In this document: positions 11,230 through 22,199 of the stretch, piece after piece
Numbering within the stretch: position 1 is the first letter of the stretch
Layout of the letters: the number at the start of each line of letters is the position of its first letter
Assembly (NCBI GenBank): GCA_036172245.1
Contig: JAYWIR010000011.1
Coordinates: 3,410,001 to 3,474,000 of the forward strand
Direction: 5' to 3'
Source: Raillietiella orientalis
Taxonomy: Eukaryota
DNA: 64,000 bases
Program-made: the position numbers and the translations under genes
Notes under the pieces: model-generated
What the model saw: only the letters and a program-made list of their open reading frames with translations
Told to the model about the DNA's origin: nothing
Database searches by the model: none

Positions 11230-13500
11230 GTGCACGGCTTCCTTTGGTGTGCAGGGCAGAAGGGAACACGTAGCGTCGCCCATGAGATTTTGCCGACATT
11301 CCGCCCAGCGTGATTGTAAACTGGTCCTGCTTAACAGAAAAGCGTGTGCTTCCGGAGGTTCGGGCCAGTACTAGTGGCATACCGAATAGAATGAGCGCCA
11401 GCAGTGGCAGACTGCACCAACCGTTGTACAACAGCCGTAAAAGCAACAGGATTCTAAAACACTTTTGGCTTCAAATCAGATGCTACACCCCCAAAGGATC
11501 GTTTTTCAATACCGGTGAGGCATCTCGGGGACTTCCAGAGCAGAAACACCTCGGGCAATCGGGAATCGTCGCATTAAGGGGCTTCCTGGACTGTCAGTGG
11601 AGAAGTGCTCACCCTTCTGAGATTTTCCGAGGAACGGTACACTTCGCCGACAGTCAAACTGGCCAACACGCGAAGCTCCCTTGTACCGTTCTTTCCCAGC
11701 TTTTCTCGAAGCAGTCTCTGCGCTGTGATTTTCCCTCCATCTTCCGGATCGGATTCGGTGCAAATGAATCAGCCAGCCGGCTGCTTGGGTGGGAGCCGAC
11801 GCTTTCTCGAACTCGGCACAAGAGATCGCTGCGGACCTTTACAGCGAGGATCTCCGTGGATCCTTGGGGAAAAACTGGGACTTCAGATGAGGGCCATGCC
11901 TCCCCCGCATCTGAAGGCGCTTTCGTGACTGATGGTGGCGATTCCCGACCACAGAGTGCGCTCGCAGGGGCGTCGCTGGCTTCTCGAGAAGGCGTCTCTG
12001 GAAGGCAGGTACGGTAACCTCCACCGGGCATCGCCCGCTTTCGGTGCGGGGCCGAAATCGAAAAAGCGACGGTTGCGAATCCCGAGAGTGCGAAGACAGG
12101 AACTCGGAAGGGGCGGCCATTTTGTTTGAAGGGCGGCCCCGTAGCTTCGGGGTGCCCGTCTGGCGACGTTCCTGGGTCGTTCGTCTTGCTGGAAGCGAAC
12201 CCGAACTTGTCCGGGTTCGTTTCCCGCAAACGAGCGAAAATTCGTCATCGGGAGGCACGCAGTCTTTTCGTGGTTGCCCGCACCACGCGGGCGTCCAAGG
12301 ATTGCCGAAGTGGAGGAATCCTCTTGCGCCAGAGCTTGCAGAGATGGCAGACGTCGCACGTTTTTGAGAAGGAAAAGAGTGCTTTCCTTGAGCCTTCTTC
12401 CTTCCTGAGCAGTGAAGAAGGATGGCGGACGTTTGCTCCGCGTTCGGGGACTGCTCCCATTTCGCCTCCGGCCCAGAAAAAAAACAAGCGAACGGAGAAG
12501 GTGCAAACCGCCCAGCGGAATGATGGAGAGGAGCGCCTCTGAAAAGAGTATGAAGAGAAATGAGATAGAGATTGGAATAAAAGATGGTTTAGGGTGATTC
12601 TGTGGTTTGTTTATTGGGATGGTGGTGAAGGATGGTAATCTAATATTAAGGTTGATTAGAAGGGAGATTGAAGAAGAGATGATTAGGGTGATTGCTAGTG
12701 GAGAAGGAATTCGTTCTAAAGTTATTCATTTTGGAAGGAAGCCTGGAAGAGGGGGCATGCCGGAGAGGTTTAGTAGTGTGAGGAATAGTATGGGTGGAGT
12801 GTAGGGAGTGAAAGCTGGTGAGGACTCGAGAAACGTCCGTGCAAAAATCGGAGCATCCTGGAAAGTTCTTGCACCGACGACGCGGGTGTGGGAGGTGCCC
12901 CTCTTGCTGTTCTTTGTGGCAAGTACACTTATCGGCAGGTGTTCATCCTAAACGGTAACCCACGGTTACAGGAGCAAGCAGAAACACCAACCAGGATTCA
13001 AATGGCGATTGCATTCGGCGCCCACAACAGCCAGGAATCAGTTTCCGGGGAAGCATTTCCCTTCTGCGTGCGCAGGAGAGTGTTGCATTTGGCGAGCGAG
13101 GTATCAGTGGAAGGGATGAGAAATGTTTTCATCTCCCCACGCGTCCATTCGTTTCCATTCCTCCAGGGTTTCTCAGCGAGCACGAAACTTTCAGCGCCAG
13201 AGAGGGGGTCAGCGACGTCGGTCGATTCGAACCAAAGTGGAGCGGGCAGAAGTTCGGTTGAAGAGAAACACTTGATTTTCATGCGTGGCTTCGGAAGATC
13301 CCGTGGGACGAGGTCGCAGCCCGGGTGGGCGAAGACTTGGATAGGTGTGCAGTAGCAGGGCAGTTGAATGGGAGCCACCCTTGCGACTGGGAACCTTGGG
13401 TCACGAGAAAGCTGAGTCTCCACTGGAACCTTCGACGAAGGATGATTGTCGGCGTTTCCGAGGGGGTGATCAGAAATGGCCACGAGGATCAAAGGACTGG
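11230..13500 (-). mobile_element. Decayed hAT-superfamily transposase
   Basis: Minus-strand blocks in hAT order: TFLIPSTDT, SPETDSW (first catalytic D, TxDxW), IIPLGGLHLLRSLV (CxxH-like), PPLRQSLDARV (PxxTRW-like) and C-terminal LPLLALILFGMPLVLARTSGSTRFSV (dimerisation-domain-like). No TIRs identified. Confidence 0.55.
12535..12828 (-). pseudogene. nad2: NUMT: 3' part of mitochondrial nad2
   Basis: In the invertebrate mitochondrial code the minus strand reads PPMLFLTLLNLSGMPPLPGFLPKW(TGA)MTLERIPSPLAITLIISSSISLLINLNISLPSFTTIPMNKPQNHPKPSFIPISISFLFMLF, matching the ND2 motif G.PP..GF.PKW; strong C/A strand skew unlike the flanks. Confidence 0.85.
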
Positions 13501-14519
13501 ATGTTAGCAAAGAGTGCTGAAGTAAACAGTCCTAGTCGAGGCCAACTTCCGAGAACTTTGCCGCCTTTCCGACCGTCCACTTCCTTGTCGAGCAGCGGGA
13601 ACGAATTCGGGTCCCGTTGGTGTGGGGTATACCCCACGAGAAGCGTCGATCGCGTTCGGGCGTACCTCGTTCTACGCCCTTTCGAGTGATCAAAGTGGAC
13701 CCAGGGGAGACGTTCCGCGCTATACGAGCCCTATGGGCTGTGCGTGGATAAAAAGGGTAGTGTTTGTGAAAAAATGAAAAATACACCTTAAAACATTATA
13801 ACGCGAGAGTATCTATCATCTCACTTGGAAGCGAGATGGGAAAAAAAAAATCAAAGAATTTGCTTCTTATTTAACTTGAAAGTGGAAAAGAAAAAAAGAA
13901 GCTGGACATTTTAACCGATTTAACCATTTCTGTGGTTTCACGCTGTTGGAAAAAAATGGTCAGTCATCCTGCGCCATTTTACTCACGGAGGTCTGAACGG
14001 GTCGTAACCCACGGGACACCCACGTGCTCGTCGATGCCATGCCTGCACCGCGTTGTACGAGCCCGCGTCGCACCGGAGCCTGCTATACGCAGATGTGTAC
14101 GACGGGTTCCCTGCAGACTTCGGACCAATAGGCGAGAAAAGAGGCATTCCGACGTAAATGTTCTTTTTTATTTCATCGAAAAGCATTTCTCCCCTCCCCC
14201 CCCCCCCAAATACCGTGCAAATCAACGAATTCTTAGAAACGATGACGGCAAACCCGTGTGTGTGTACTGTTCAGCAATTTGTACATTTTCACTTCGCCGC
14301 TTACCGCGTTGCGCGGTGTCACGTGGTTTATCAGTGTTCTAAACATGTGTACGGCATGTACAAACTTAAACCATTGTCTCTCCGAGACACCGCAGCGCAT
14401 TCTGCGCCAGGAGTAACGCAAGCGCCCTCAATAAAAACATCGATCATTCGGTTTCAGAATGCACCTGCACTGCACCGTACACACACCGATGACAATCCCG
14501 GACCGAACCGGAAACGGAA

Positions 14520-15300
14520 AGGGAATGGAATACCTTGAATGGCATCGAATATTGTACATGGTTGTAGTACATGGTAGGCAGCCCGCGGTTCGTGTGCGCA
14601 GCGTAATTCGCTCGGTGAAGTGCTCGCGCTGTTGTCTGCACCCTTCGCAGTGTACGCAGAAAGCGCAGCTGGCCCCAGCTCGATGGGAATAGGGCGATGC
14701 CAGATTTTCAGGATAACTTTCTCCATGCCTGTCGAGGAAATCTACTTAAATAGAGAAATAAGAATGTACTGAAAATCCGATCTCGTTTCCGGCAGACTGG
14801 GAACTGGGTGCCGTACGCCGGGAACAAAACGAAATTCTACATATCACCCACGAAGGCGACCTTGCACGGACGAATGTGCCCCTATTGGCTTTCGACACAT
14901 TTTCAGCAGCGTACACGTTTTTACTTTTCTTCAAATCCTCGCAGACGTGTTCGTACACGCAGAATTTTGCGTGCCTCGTGATCGCAGTTCGCGTCCTCGT
15001 CCGTAATTTTTTGCCCCGCAGCTAACGCAGTCTGAAAGGTATCTTCGGGTTCCTCGAGGGTGAGCCCCTCCTCCTGCACACCATCCCATTCTTTGACGTT
15101 ATCCTTTGACGTCACGGCTTCCTCAAAATGCCCTTCGTCGATCCGAAAAAAAAAAAAGACGATCGTCAGCCAGTTCTTCCAAATGCGAACTTCGTTTCCA
15201 AACTCATCAGATCCGAGTGCTCTTCCCGAATGCGCTGTTTCTTCTGGAGCAATTTTGTCCTCGAAATCGAAATTTCGCGCCAGCGCGACGACGTGGCTTT
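14520..15300 (-). mobile_element. Possible piggyBac-like transposase C-terminal remnant
   Basis: Minus-strand RIWKNWLTIVFFFFRID resembles KW.K.FF..+D; downstream Cys-rich CAFCVHCEGC...CLPC...CHSRY resembles the terminal cysteine-rich domain. Very degenerate. Confidence 0.3.
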
Positions 15301-16645
15301 CCTTTGATTGGTTTTGCTCTCGTAGTGCTTTTGTCCGAAGAAGCAGTCCTCTTGCACGTTTTCCTGGAGCGTTTTTCAAGGCAGTCGAGACAGATGGAAA
15401 GTTCAGGTCGAGGCGCCCCAAACTCCGGCAGTGGCAGTTTCGAGTGCGCAAGCGCCGACCCACGTGATGGCGGTTCGCTTCCGACACGGTCTGGATTCGC
15501 TCTCGCAAGGATTCGCTCCCGAAATCGCATCCTAACGAAACGCGTCCTTCCTTTTCACCAGCTAAATACGACGATAGGAATAATACTTTTTTTTTTTTTT
15601 TCCTTAGAAATACATAAAATCTTTTAAAATGATTGCAGCTTGAGTTGAGGGCGAGAAATTTCTTTCCTTTTTCTTTTGTTCGTTCTCATGAACAAAAATG
15701 AATCCTCCACTCTTTGACCGTGGCATCCCAACTCGTTGCTAGGGGCGTGACGGAAGATTTCTGCTTGAGATGCACCTCCCCCCTTCCCTCCCAAAGACCG
15801 GGAGCCACGGGAAAATAGGAAACACGAAAGCCTGCCCCGGGGCTTCTGGACGCAACTGAGATTCCATGGAGAACGTCGTGGAAACCTCCCGATGCGAGTG
15901 CACCACTTTTTCGACCCCGAACTTTTTCCAGCCACCCCGCTCCCCTGTGAGAAGGAGCCACTGCCGGGCGCTCCGGGCCTGCTGTAACGCATTTCCGGGT
16001 GCGGAATGCCCTGTGTCCCGTGCCCTGCTCGAGATGGCGGCGCAGGGGAGGCGCCGCGCCGAACGTGCCCGCGCTTGACTAGTGCTGCCATCGAGGGGGG
16101 AGGGACGAAACCGCCACATTCCCGTCATCCGCACGCAGACTTTTCCTGAACTCTGAGGATATACTGGTGATCCGACAGGACAGGGGAGGATGGCCCGTTT
16201 CCCAAAAAGACTGGAAATCACGGGAAAATAGCAGACACGAAAAGAAGGAACCTTCTCTCTGGTTGTCTCCGAAAAGAAGCTATTCCTTATTTTCTCCGGA
16301 GAGACCCTCGAGGGAATAAGGAACTCCTTGTTTTTTCTCCGAAGGGAACCCTCGGAGGGGATAGCTCCTCGCTTCCTCCTCTGAAGAGAACCCCGAAGGA
16401 ACACTTCCCGATTTCTCTGAAGGGGTTGCCCGAAGGGAGCAGAGCGCTCCTTGACACTCTGGAGAGGTCATCAATCCACCAGCTCCATCATGCGAGATGA
16501 AGGGCCCACCCCATGAGGAGAGGACGGCTCTGTTTTCACAACCAGGGGGAACCCTGAAGGACTTCATGGTTCTTGAAAGGACCCCGAAGGGTGAACGTCC
16601 AATCCTGTTCAGTCAACGGGAGCATCCAGTTTCTACCAGTATCAC

Positions 16646-17193
16646 ACCAGTACTTAAAATACCCGGACGTTCCGTCGGGAGACTTCTGCTCCGCAGAAGC
16701 ACCCTGGTCCGGCCGTCTCCAGAAAGCACTGCAGGCTCTCCGTCCCTTTCAAAGATGCAGGTTTTACCTGCCGGAACAGGCTGCTGTGTGGAACATTCGT
16801 GGCCTCCCTCCTCCGCCCTCTGCTTTTTGTTTGTCCACCGCCCCGCAGCACCAGAGGAGGCCAGGACGACAGGCACGTCATCTATTTTGCCGTACTCTTC
16901 ATGAGAACAGCGTCAAGATGGCTCTGCCTGGGACATACTCAAAAGGAACTTGCCGGTATTCTTACAAGGACGCCCTCCAGAACACAGTAATCCCTTCCCG
17001 AACCCTCCCATTCTTTGACTGGATTTCTTGTTTGTCTCCCCTTCTCCTGTGCTGCCGAGGCGACCCGATGGCCTGCCTTCCAGATCCCTACAGTTCCTTC
17101 TCGTAGTTATAAGTAACGTGGCAGGATCAGACGTCCTGTTACAGACATGTATATTTATTTCATAAATAAACGCCCCGGCGTGACAGGGTGTTA
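16646..17193 (+). mobile_element. 5'-truncated Tx1-like retrotransposon 3' end (~550 bp)
   Basis: 16862-17193 is essentially identical to 57389-57720; ends AATAAACGCCCCGGCGTGACAGGGTGTTA; flanked by ACCAGTATCAC (16635-16645) and ACCAGTACCAC (17194-17204). Confidence 0.8.
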
Positions 17194-17295
17194 ACCAGTA
17201 CCACACTCGGAGAGCCCATAGGCCAATCGGAATCATTTTGCCGGGAGAAGAGCATTCGTAACCCACGACGCACCCTTTTCTTGTCATCGATCCTT

Positions 17296-17368
17296 CCTTG
17301 GATGGGATTCGAACCCGCAACGCTTGGTACCACACACGGAGACCGCGGCTACACGGCAGCCAATGCGG
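17296..17368 (-). ncRNA. tRNA-like head (Pol III A/B boxes), copy B
   Basis: Minus strand has an A-box-like TGGCTGCCGTGTAG and B-box GGTTCGAATCC with tRNA spacing; homologous to 57823-57895. Confidence 0.65.
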
Positions 17369-17379
17369 GCTTGCGGGAA

Positions 17380-17900
17380 CTTTCTGGCTGGCGGTATGCC
17401 ACATGGCATTCTTCAAAAGTGTGGCCTTCCTTCTTCCAGGAGCTTCTCCTGTGCCAGGAGTGTGATGACGACGCAGCGAAGGTAGCAAGATGCTCGCTAC
17501 CGTCGAAGTCCACTGGGGAAGGAACAAACTTCCCACATGAGTAGGAGGAAGGAGGGGGGGGGGATGTTGCCAGCTGGGTGCGAGAGGGCTGCACCCGCCC
17601 TCTCCCATCTAGAAAGGACACGAACCAAACGGTCTAGCAAGAGGTGAGGGGGTCGTTCACCACCCTACCCGCACCTCGATTCTTCTAGATCACCAGTTCT
17701 TCGGAGAGACTCAGAAGGTCTGATCAAGGGCCCCAGACTCTGGCTCGAAAAAGGAGGAGGGGAAAACTCACGCAGAGGTCTCCGGGATCGAAGAGGCGGA
17801 GGAAGGATGGAGGAGCCAAGACAACAAAAGTTCTCGTTCCATCTGCGCGCGACGCGCGCACGAAGGATGCGGCGTGCCACAAGCTTCGCCGAAGGAGCGT
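17380..17900 (-). mobile_element. Decayed Tx1-like ORF1 zinc-knuckle region
   Basis: Minus-strand SYSCGK...GSEHLA...WKKEGHTFEECHVAY resembles tandem CCHC knuckles. Confidence 0.5.
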
Positions 17901-18299
17901 GGGGGATCCCCTTACTGGGTCCTACGGATTAGGGGAAGGCCGCTGTCTCGATCTGGACGGCATAGTGTGTCGGACCATCCCTGCACAAGAAGAAGAGGGG
18001 TAGGGGAGGGGGTAGTTCATCCGAGATCCTCCGACTGCTTTTTCCGCTGCACGCTGCATGCACTGGTGAGACGCAGCGCCTGCGCGAGCGGTGGCGATAC
18101 CTCCAGAAGCTTCTCCGCTCGAATGGAACGAGCTTTGCGCGGGAGCGACTTGGTCTCTGTGTGCGAGGGAGACGAGTAAGGAGGTTGGATGACCTGACCA
18201 CGAGGGGTCGTTTTAATGATGGAGTATCCAACTTCGGAACGTCCGGAGCTGTTCGAAACGTCCTAAACACCGTTGCCCCCCCCCTCCCCCCCGAGAACT

Positions 18300-18920
18300 G
18301 CCCCTCCTGTCTACGACGCTCTACTTTCCCTTGCTGAAGGAGGCTGAACGACTTTCACCTTCGAGGGGCCTCTCCAGAGGGCATCCAACGACGCGCTCTT
18401 TCAGCTCTTTCAGAACCCCGAGGGCAAAGCCAAAGACGTTTTAAAGCACGTCTTCTTGCGCGACCTTTCACACTGGCCGCATCCCTAGAAGCACTTTGCT
18501 GCCTACGTCGGGTTGTGGCTTCACGGAGCTACGTCAGGGGAGGCCAGAACGACAAGGATGCCATGTATTGTGCTTCCTCCTGATCATGAGGATAGCGTCA
18601 AGATGGCCTCATCTGGGAGCCTCTAAACAGGAACTTGTCGGTATCCTTACATGGTTGCAAAGGACGCCCTCTAGCACACAATGATCCCTTACCGACCCTT
18701 CCGCCCTCTCCAGCAATTTTTTGTATTTTTTTGCTTTATTTTTCTTTCTGTTTGTCTCCCCTTCCCCTGTGCTGCCGTGGCGAACCTCGCCGGCCTGCGC
18801 GCCGGCTCTCGGCAGATTCCTTCTTCACATTTTTTAAGGTAGCAGGATCACGCATCTTACCACTGACGTCTTAAGTTTTATTTTCAATAATTAAACGCCC
18901 CGGCGTGACCGGGTGTCAAC
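18300..18920 (+). mobile_element. Diverged copy of the same Tx1-like 3' end
   Basis: Aligns to 57270-57720 (e.g. GATAGCGTCAAGATGG, AAGGACGCCCTCTAG, terminal TAAACGCCCCGGCGTGACCGGGTGTCAACC) with clearly lower identity; its flanks are not the tRNA-headed repeat. Confidence 0.75.
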
Positions 18921-19499
18921 CTCTACGGCCGACTGCGGGCTGCCTGAACGTTTGACGAAGACGAGCCAGGAATCACCGTCGGCAAAGTTGCCTTTGCCGA
19001 GCAAGCACATACGGAGGAGACTCATCACTGGAACGCCATCAACATGCTTTGCCATTTTTCTTAAATAAAAATTTTTCTCTCAATCCTCTCATACTATAAA
19101 AAGTTCCATCATCGTCTAAAGATGGAAACTAACGTGGTTTACGCCGATCTAAACTCAAATCATGTAGGATTTTCAGCTGAACAAGCTGCTACCACAAATC
19201 TTACGAATCCCCATGGATACTCGATTCAATATGGAAGTGCCAAACGGTCCCACACCAGTTAACGCTCTCCGTGGAAATTAAGCGCTTAGCTAACAATTTT
19301 CCCTTCATTTCAAGGTCAGCATTACTTCCTAATTAATCACTTCGCTATGAGGATGCATTTTGTATCATCCACCTCAGACAATTCCTTGAGGTTCCATCTT
19401 ACCCCATTCTTCTTACTAGGGAGACACTTAGGTTCTCCTTGTGCCCTAAACTCACTACGAACTTTCAACTATGAAATCAAATTCAAAGCTGCAAATCTC

Positions 19500-20390
19500 A
19501 GCAGCCTCTTTGTGTACTTTCCGGAGCAGGAAAAAAACGTGGCTTCTCAGAAAATCACCCAGATGAGCGGAAGGGCCCCGCGTCATCCTTTTACTACTGG
19601 GGTGGCCGTCCCGTGTACAGATCGGAAAGGGTCTCTTCGACACATCTCTTAGCACTGCAAATATAACTTTTCTGCAGCCATGAAGAATCACGACGAGTAC
19701 GTCAACATGATCAAGAGAGTAGCGGCATGAGAATGAGATCGGTTGTTGGCTTGCAGTCTGCCGATCCTCCGAGCAGACTCCGGGCCCCGGCTGGATTCGG
19801 TTCTTCGAAGTGATCACCATACTAGAAAACTATTTGAAGGCTTTAGAAGATGCCAAGATAAAAAGAGAAGAGCAAATACTGTGTCATGGCTGTGTAATTC
19901 TCCTTAAGACGCGTCCTGCATCACGTGGTTGTGACCACAGACAGCGTTCAAAAATGACCAACTAGCACCCAACGAATAAGTCCTGAAGCACCTGGAGGCC
20001 CCTATGGAGCCAGCCCCATCGACCAGTAACAACATCGAGCACCTTTCGCTGTTCTACTGGTGGCATTGGATGGAACGCCGTCAGATCCTCCAGCAGCACT
20101 ACATCATGAGATGACACAGAAGCAGCCGTTTAAGAAAACCATTCAAGATTACAAAGAGTTTCATCTCCGGTAATCTGTAAAACACCTAGAGGACTATTTC
20201 TCATTAGGTGAATAAAAACTTCCTGGAACACATAGTGGAGGCATCGACTGGGTAGCCATCCTCAAAGAAATAACTCCTGGAAACGCATCTCTTTGCAGGC
20301 CGAATTGCCGAGAACACATTTAAAAACAGACTGATTGAGAAAATAGTACAAAATATCCCTATCATATGTTGTCTGTGACCTCATTAGCCA
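19500..20390 (+). mobile_element. Decayed BEL/Pao LTR-retrotransposon integrase and C-terminal region
   Basis: Blocks in BEL order: DRKGSLRHIS*HCKYNFSAA (RRG.P..I.SDN..NF), EEQILCHGCVILLKTRP (LNSRP), WMERRQILQQHYIMR, WVAILKEITPGNASLCR (W...I.E..PG.DG..R). Confidence 0.6.
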
Positions 20391-20399
20391 CAATCAGTG

Positions 20400-21080
20400 C
20401 AATCGAACGGCGATCATCAATTCCACTCTGGTGACACGAACGAAATAATGCAACGTTCTATTTTGAACACGCATGGCTGAATAGATGCAATGAAAATAAG
20501 GAGGGAAATTCCGCCTATACAAACTGATGGCCAGCTGGAAAGTCATGGACCCCATGGAATCAGCAAACGAAGCAAGAAACAGACACTCTATCCTTCCCAA
20601 ACCTACAACTCTTCAGCACCGCATCGCCATATGTGACCGCAAGCAGCTAATTCAATAAGCTATTGTGTCGTGTTACTTAACAAGCGCCGTGAGCGTTCGC
20701 AGTCTGTCTGTTTCAGATCACTGCTCTGGAAACGTACACTCTGTAAAGTTCCAAACGTGACCTTTGAAGTTTGTTTTTTCCGAACGGGATTTCTGATCAG
20801 GCAGCTGCAAAACAAGTAAGCCCCATAGGAACGCCTCCTAATTTCGTAGTGATCATATACCAGCTGAAAACAGTACAAAGGAACTTGCAAGGAACCTCAG
20901 TGGAATCTTTTAAGGAGATCGTCCTCATGCTAGTTAATATGCGAAGATTTACTATGGATAATCATCAATTAATGTTATGAGGTCATTTCTGAATGCCGAA
21001 AATTCATTGTTAAAGCGAATCATTCTTAAAATTCAAACTCCTTGCAAAGCCCTGACGAAGAAAAGTTTGAAATACTAGTT
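20400..21080 (+). mobile_element. Possible Penelope-like element 3' remnant
   Basis: Peptides KLMASWKVMDP...PKP...HR and LCKVPNVTFEVC resemble the post-RT linker and GIY-YIG start; ends in a CTGACGA..GAAA motif. Weak. Confidence 0.3.
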
Positions 21081-22141
21081 CAAAATTAAAATTAATTTAA
21101 AATTTAATAAAGTAAGTAAATATTTAAGTTTAGTTAAAAATTAATTGCTGATTATCTTCTGACCAACAAGGAATCAGTGATTTAAAAATGACCGAATTTC
21201 CCTCCGACAAAAAGCAAACACCAACCAATTTTCAAAATACTGATGGACTGAAAAAGTGCAACTCTTTACAACCTAAAATTTATCTTAAAAAAATCCTCCA
21301 GAGTCCAGAAAGCAATGTCATAAGTAGAACTCGATAAAATTCAAGGTATTTGAAATAAAATTAAATAAATTCAAGAATTTGAAATCATATTGCTAACACT
21401 GTTTGTGCTTATGATAAGCTAAACAGCAGATATCACTGCCCATAAACATATAGCATTAGATAAAACACAGATCCGTATAAACCCGCATAGCACACATCCA
21501 TGTATCTAGTAGATGGTACATATTGAAAATACATTTGTTTATATAAGTGAGCTGTACATAAGAATTGGCTTATATTTTGAACGGTATTTACGAATACATC
21601 CGCCAACATATAATTAGATGTCAAAGTTAAAATGGCACAAATAACTTACAGAGTTGGATCTGAAAAGGCATCCAACTTTGTAAGCATGCTGAGTAGTTTA
21701 CGTAAGCCATGCTTACAAATTCCAGGTGGAGGAGCTGAAAAGATTAGCTTTAAGGTTTAACCGACTTGCTCTTTTGAGAATTGAAATCAGGTACGGTTAT
21801 TATACAAGTGTGCATGTTTACTTTATGAAAATCTGAAAACTATTTACTCATGTATCCATACTGATGTCTTAAGCATATCTATACTTATGTCTTGAGCATG
21901 TATGCAAGCAATTTTCGAAAGTTCTTTGTACGTGCCACATGATAGTAGGTTAATATGTATAGTCACATGTACGTGATCAGGAATCGAATTAACAAATGAG
22001 AATTTAAAAATTTATCTAGACGCATGTTAAGCTGCAGTGTAGAATTACAGAGCTGAATGCACACGTGGAATTAGTTGGTGTACTTGTTGCCCTGCGAAGA
22101 TTGCGTCCGCAGGTCGCGCTCGCCAGGAAAGTAAACACAAG

Positions 22142-22157
22142 GCGCGCGATGTTTGAA
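22142..22157 (+). promoter_or_regulatory. CDE-CHR (DREAM/E2F-type) element upstream of DNMT1
   Basis: GCGCGC-GATG-TTTGAA: GC box, 4-nt spacer and canonical CHR TTTGAA, 43 nt upstream of the ATG in a small CpG-rich patch. Confidence 0.55.
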
Positions 22158-22199
22158 TTGAAATAGTTGCTTTTCGTCAAATGCCCGGATGCAGCAGAA

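Larger units (their letters stand above)
16250..17368 (-). repeat. tRNA-headed repeat family, copy B (interrupted by Tx1-like insert)
   Basis: Body with CCGAAGGGAACCC units (16250-16645), insert 16646-17193, then host spacer and tRNA-like head 17194-17368. Confidence 0.8.

Noticed and set aside
13910..14380. TTAACC motifs as piggyBac termini
   Set aside because: No matching inverted partner could be located.
15792..16243. Imperfect ~40-bp direct repeat (CACGGGAAAATAG core) about 410 bp apart
   Set aside because: Too short and diverged to call LTRs; no TG..CA ends, PBS or TSD found.
1..19000. Dozens of overlapping 60-250 aa ORFs on both strands
   Set aside because: Expected in GC-rich DNA; they are Arg/Pro/Ser-rich without coherent domains, apart from transposon remnants broken by stops and frameshifts.
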